From Wallemia ichthyophaga EXF-994 (lineage: Eukaryota; Fungi; Basidiomycota), in assembly GCF_000400465.1 (NCBI RefSeq), contig NW_008806278.1, forward strand, positions 60,001 to 122,000: a stretch of DNA of 62,000 nt. The letters run 5' to 3'. The stretch's first letter is position 1; each line of letters begins with the position of its first letter. The position numbers and the translations under genes were made by a program. Shown piece by piece: positions 57,182 through 62,000 of this stretch. The notes under the pieces are model-generated. The model was not told the DNA's origin, made no database searches, and was given only the letters and a program-made list of their open reading frames with translations.

Positions 57182-60100
57182 ATGCCACCAAAAACGCCAT
57201 CGAGCTCGCAGTCTATGAAGCAGGGCAGCCTGTTCTCCGCTGGGTTCTTTAAGAAGACTCCCACTTCCTCTGCGCCGCCATCTTCATCGCCAATGCATCC
57301 ACCGTCCTCAACAAAGAGAGATGCCATCAAACCAAGTGGGTCTTTCGTGGTAGTGCAGCGATCTCACTGACGCAACAAGACACAGGTAACTCCTCCCCTC
57401 TTGCGCCTCAGTCAGCCGTTCAACACAAGAAAGCAAAAGCAGCTCCAATGTCCCCTTTGAACGAGAGCGCGCATTTAAATAGTGATGAAGATGAGGAGAA
57501 CCAGCAGCCAAAGCGTGCAATAAAGAAGCGTAAGCCGATGGTGATCTCATCTGAAGAAGACGAGCCAGAACAGCCCAAACAAAGGCTCAAGAAGAGAAAG
57601 GAAAGCAACGACGACGATTTCATTGATGATGGCCCTATCGAAATGGATGAGGATGTCGACACCACGCGTAATAACCTGGGTGTTGAAGACTCTGACGACT
57701 TGATCGAGGAGCTGGACTTAGACGCTTTCGAGAAGGCAAAGCCAGCCGCAAAGCAAGCTGCAAAGAAACCGCTAGCTACTACATCCAAGCCTGTCACAGA
57801 GACACCTAAACGTCAAAGTTCTGGTGAAAACAAATCACTCCTGACGAAAGCTGAACGTCAAGCACAACAGACTAAGGCTGCAAAGAAGGATTCAGACTCT
57901 CCATTCATGTTCTTACACCCTCCACGCGACAAATACCAAAACCCAATTGGCCATCCAGACTACGATCCTCACACTCTTTACATCCCGCCAAAATTCTGGA
58001 GCGAGTTTTCTCCATTTGAAAAGCAGTTTTGGGAAATCAAGTCTGACCACTTTGACACAATCCTCTTCTTCCAGAAAGGCAAGTTCTACGAGCTCTACGA
58101 GAACGATGCGATCATTGGACACCGCGAATTCGATCTCAAGCTGACTGAACGCGTGAGAATGTGCATGGTCGGTGTACCGGAGATGTCGTTTGATTTATTC
58201 GCGGCCAAGTTCCTAGCACTAGGTTATAAAGTTGGAAAGGTAGAGCAACGCGAGACTGCAATTGGCATGGATATGCGCAACAAGGCAGATAAAAAGCCAG
58301 CAGGAGCGGCAGCAAAGGGATCTAAATCTGATGATAAGCTTGTGCGTCGTGAATTACGCTCTGTGTTGACAAATGGTACTCTTGTGGATCCGAAAATGCT
58401 TGCAGACGAAGCAGCTTCACATTGTGTATCAATCAAAGAGAATAGTAACAGTCTGGCAAGTAACGTACCTTCCTTTGGACTATGCATTCTTGACGCTAGT
58501 ACTGGTGAATTCAACCTCGCTACTTTCGAAGATGACAAGTCGAGATCAAAATTAGAGACCCTGATTAGACAGCTGCGTCCCAAGGAAATTGTTCATGAGA
58601 AAGGTAATCTGGATCAGCTCACTTTGCGTGTACTGAGGAACATTACGTCAATTTCATGCCTATGGACACCCCTCAACACAGGGAAAGAAGGAATGGATGC
58701 AATTGAAACTATAACAGAGCTTAAAACGCTATTCAAAAAGGGTGTCGAGGATATTGAAAGAGTCAAGCTGCCAGATGCAGTGGAAAGTATCGTCGAGAAT
58801 ACCGAAGCCATCGAATCGTTAGGAAACCTGATGTGGTATCTTCGATCACTCAACCTTGATCGTGATTTGCTGTCTCTTGGGAATTTCAACATATATGATG
58901 CCACACGTGAAGGTCAAGCTATGATCTTAGACGGTAGAACGCTGGCACATATAGAAGTTCTCGTCAATAGTGAAGGTAACGAGGACGACACTCTACTTAA
59001 GCTGCTCAACAGATGTGTTACTCCATTTGGTAAACGTCTTTTCAGGATATGGTTGTGTACTCCTCTGCGCTCGTCAAAGGCGATTAACGAGCGTTTAAAC
59101 GCCGTTGACGATATTATATCCAATCCAGGTTTTACATATGAATTTGACAGTAACGTCAAAGGATTACCAGATCTCGAAAGACTACTGTCCAGAATCCATG
59201 CTATGTCAGTGAGACCTAAGCAGTTTATACAAGTGCTAGGTGCATTCAACAAGATTCAACAAGTCTTCGAAAAGCTAGAAGATGAAGCAAAGGAATTCGA
59301 TTCGCAATCTCTCCGAGCAACGCTGAAATCCATACCCGATTTGAGAGATTATATATCAAATATTGAATCCAAGTTCGATTTGACTGAGGGTGAGACGCTG
59401 ATGCCATGCGATGGTGCAGATGAAGCTTACGAGGAGGCGAAGAAGCTAAACGAAGAGCTAGAGGAAGAGCTCGACGAGATACTTAACAAGTACAGACGTG
59501 AATACAAGACGAAGGGCATAAACTACAAAGATGTGGGAACGAAAGAGATATACTCGATTGAGATGCCAAAAAAGACATCGGTGCCTGCCAATTGGACGAA
59601 GATGTCCTCGACGCAGAAGGTAGACAGATACTGGTCACCAGAAGTTCGTCAGCTCGTACAGAAAGTAAAGGAAGCGCGTGAAACACGCACAACTGCTCTG
59701 GACGACTTTGCTAAGAAGCTCTATGTCGCTTTCGATGCTGATTACAAGACATGGATTGCAGCAGTCAAGGCGTGTGCTGAGATTGATTGCATCAACTCGC
59801 TAGCCAAATCTTCAATTAACATGGAAGAGCCCAGATGCAGACCGAATATCATTGAGTCTAATGAAGCTGTATTGGAATTTGAACAGCTCCGCCATCCGTC
59901 TATGGCATTGAGGAGGGACTTCGTGGCAAATGATGTCAGATTGGGTGGTAAGGATGAGGGAACTATGCTGTTGACTGGTCCTAACATGGCGGGTAAATCC
60001 ACTCTTCTTCGTATGACTGCTGCTGCAGTTATTATGGCGCAGATTGGCTGTTACGTGCCTGCTGAAAGCGCCACTATTGCCCCTGTTGATAGAATTGCTA

Positions 60101-60796
60101 GTAGACTTGGTGCCTATGACAACATGTTTAGTAACTCGTCGACATTTATGGTCGAATTGGCGGAAACGTGGGTATACGAGAAAATGATTTTAGAAGTTCT
60201 GACGCAGCGCACAGCTCGAAGATAATCAACGAGACTACGCCGAAGAGCTTGCTTATTTTAGATGAGCTGGGAGTGGGTCGCGCTGTGAGACATTTTTATC
60301 GACTAACGCCGCCCAATAGAGGGGTACTTCTACGACTCAAGGTATTGCCATTGCTAGTGCGGTACTACAGCACATCGCCTCATTCTTGGGATGCTGTCTT
60401 TTCTCCACCCACTACTCAAGTCTTGGCGACTTTGGATCGACTCACCCAAATATCAAATCATGCCACATGGCTTCCGAGGTGAATAGTGAAAAGAGGGAAA
60501 TTAGATTCCTTTACAAGCTCGTAAATGGGGTAGCGCTGGACAGCTATGGACATCATGTTGCCAAATTGGCCGGTGTGCCACTGCCTGTAGTCGTACGGGC
60601 CGAGCAGGTTGCAACAGAGTACACGGAAGCGAACAAGCTCGAACAGCAGAAAGCAGAAGCTAACAGACACAAGACAATGCCACTGGCCTCTCAATCAGAC
60701 TTTGCAACAGCGATTAGACTCGCCAAAGCAGCAAAGGGGTTGACGTTTAAAGACAGACGAAATCTCAAATTCATAAGCGAAGCCAACAGTCAGTGA
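57182..60796 (+). CDS. MSH6: DNA mismatch repair protein Msh6
   Basis: FFQKGKFYELYE mismatch-binding motif, GPNMAGKSTLLR, STFMVEL, ILDELG and FSTHY. Three introns. Confidence 0.95.
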
Positions 60797-60935
60797 GATT
60801 TCAGCATACCATTCCAGGAAGATCAACAAATTAGCAAAGAAGTCTTGTAATTCTCAGAAGATATAGCAAATTCTTTCCATAAAAACGACATACAAAAAAA
60901 GATAGAAGGATTAGTGGGGTGGTATAGAACTCAGA

Positions 60936-61588
<653 letters not shown>

Positions 61589-61625
61589 TTCGTTAGTGAG
61601 CGCACTTATTCAACAATCAACCGAA

Positions 61626-62000
61626 ATGGATCAGGATGAGTTTAAAATTGCGCAAAACAACTCAGATGACAGCGATGAGAATGATAGCGCTGAGGATGAA
61701 GTACCGGACTATCGCCAGCTGGCCAGCTTCACGAACCGCAAATCAAAAGAGACGTACATTCCGCGCAGAGGTGAAAAGGAGTTCGAGCCATCTGGATTGA
61801 AAATACAACAGAAAGCTCTTGATGAATCTAGAGATGCCATGTTCAACGCTATAGACGGCGTACGCCAGTCGTCAAACAAGAACATTAGCATTGGTTTGTG
61901 GTCGAATGCACACAGCAGAGCTAGCATAATTATACAGAGAGGCACACATTTCTCTTCTATAGGTCATCCAGTGAGAAATACACCGTCTAAGAGGGAAGGT
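61626..62000 (+). CDS. SEN54: tRNA-splicing endonuclease subunit Sen54, 3'-truncated by the window
   Basis: Acidic N-terminus, then IPRRGEKEFEP..SRDAMFNAI..RGTHFSSIG, matching the Sen54 N-terminal pattern. Confidence 0.75.
   Translation, partial: MDQDEFKIAQNNSDDSDENDSAEDEVPDYRQLASFTNRKSKETYIPRRGEKEFEPSGLKIQQKALDESRDAMFNAIDGVRQSSNKNISIGLWSNAHSRASIIIQRGTHFSSIGHPVRNTPSKREG

Overview
Eukaryotic, very gene-dense fungal DNA. About 38 protein-coding genes lie on both strands, with many short (~40-60 nt) GT-AG introns, several microexons and tiny intergenic gaps. The architecture and protein sequences suggest a compact basidiomycete genome of the Wallemia type; this is inference, not a database match. 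Most genes are housekeeping: AFG3, Ecd/SGT1, mitoribosomal uL4 and bS18, a PsuG-PsuK fusion, eIF2-alpha, IMPDH, VPS25, NOP15, a YANK kinase, thioredoxin, ATG13, GCP2, the SPT small subunit, VPS16, NMD3, p24, YRB1, PRP8 (no intein), PTR2, a Gfo/Idh/MocA oxidoreductase, a SUN protein, DPH6, a delta-8 sphingolipid desaturase, MSH6, calmodulin and SEN54. Two RNA genes are invisible to the ORF track: tRNA-Asp(GTC) and a complete ~400-nt RNase P RNA (27997-28394). The most unusual signals are: (1) repeated head-to-head gene pairs whose start codons are only 6-52 bp apart; (2) the RNase P RNA, which lacks an obvious Pol III terminator; (3) a miniature CENP-B/pogo-like HTH gene followed by a drifting 10-bp-period repeat array; (4) a tail-anchored thioredoxin with a putative Cdc48-binding SHP box; (5) functional residues placed on microexons. 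No CRISPR array, intact transposon, intein or rRNA was found. Exon boundaries were read by eye.
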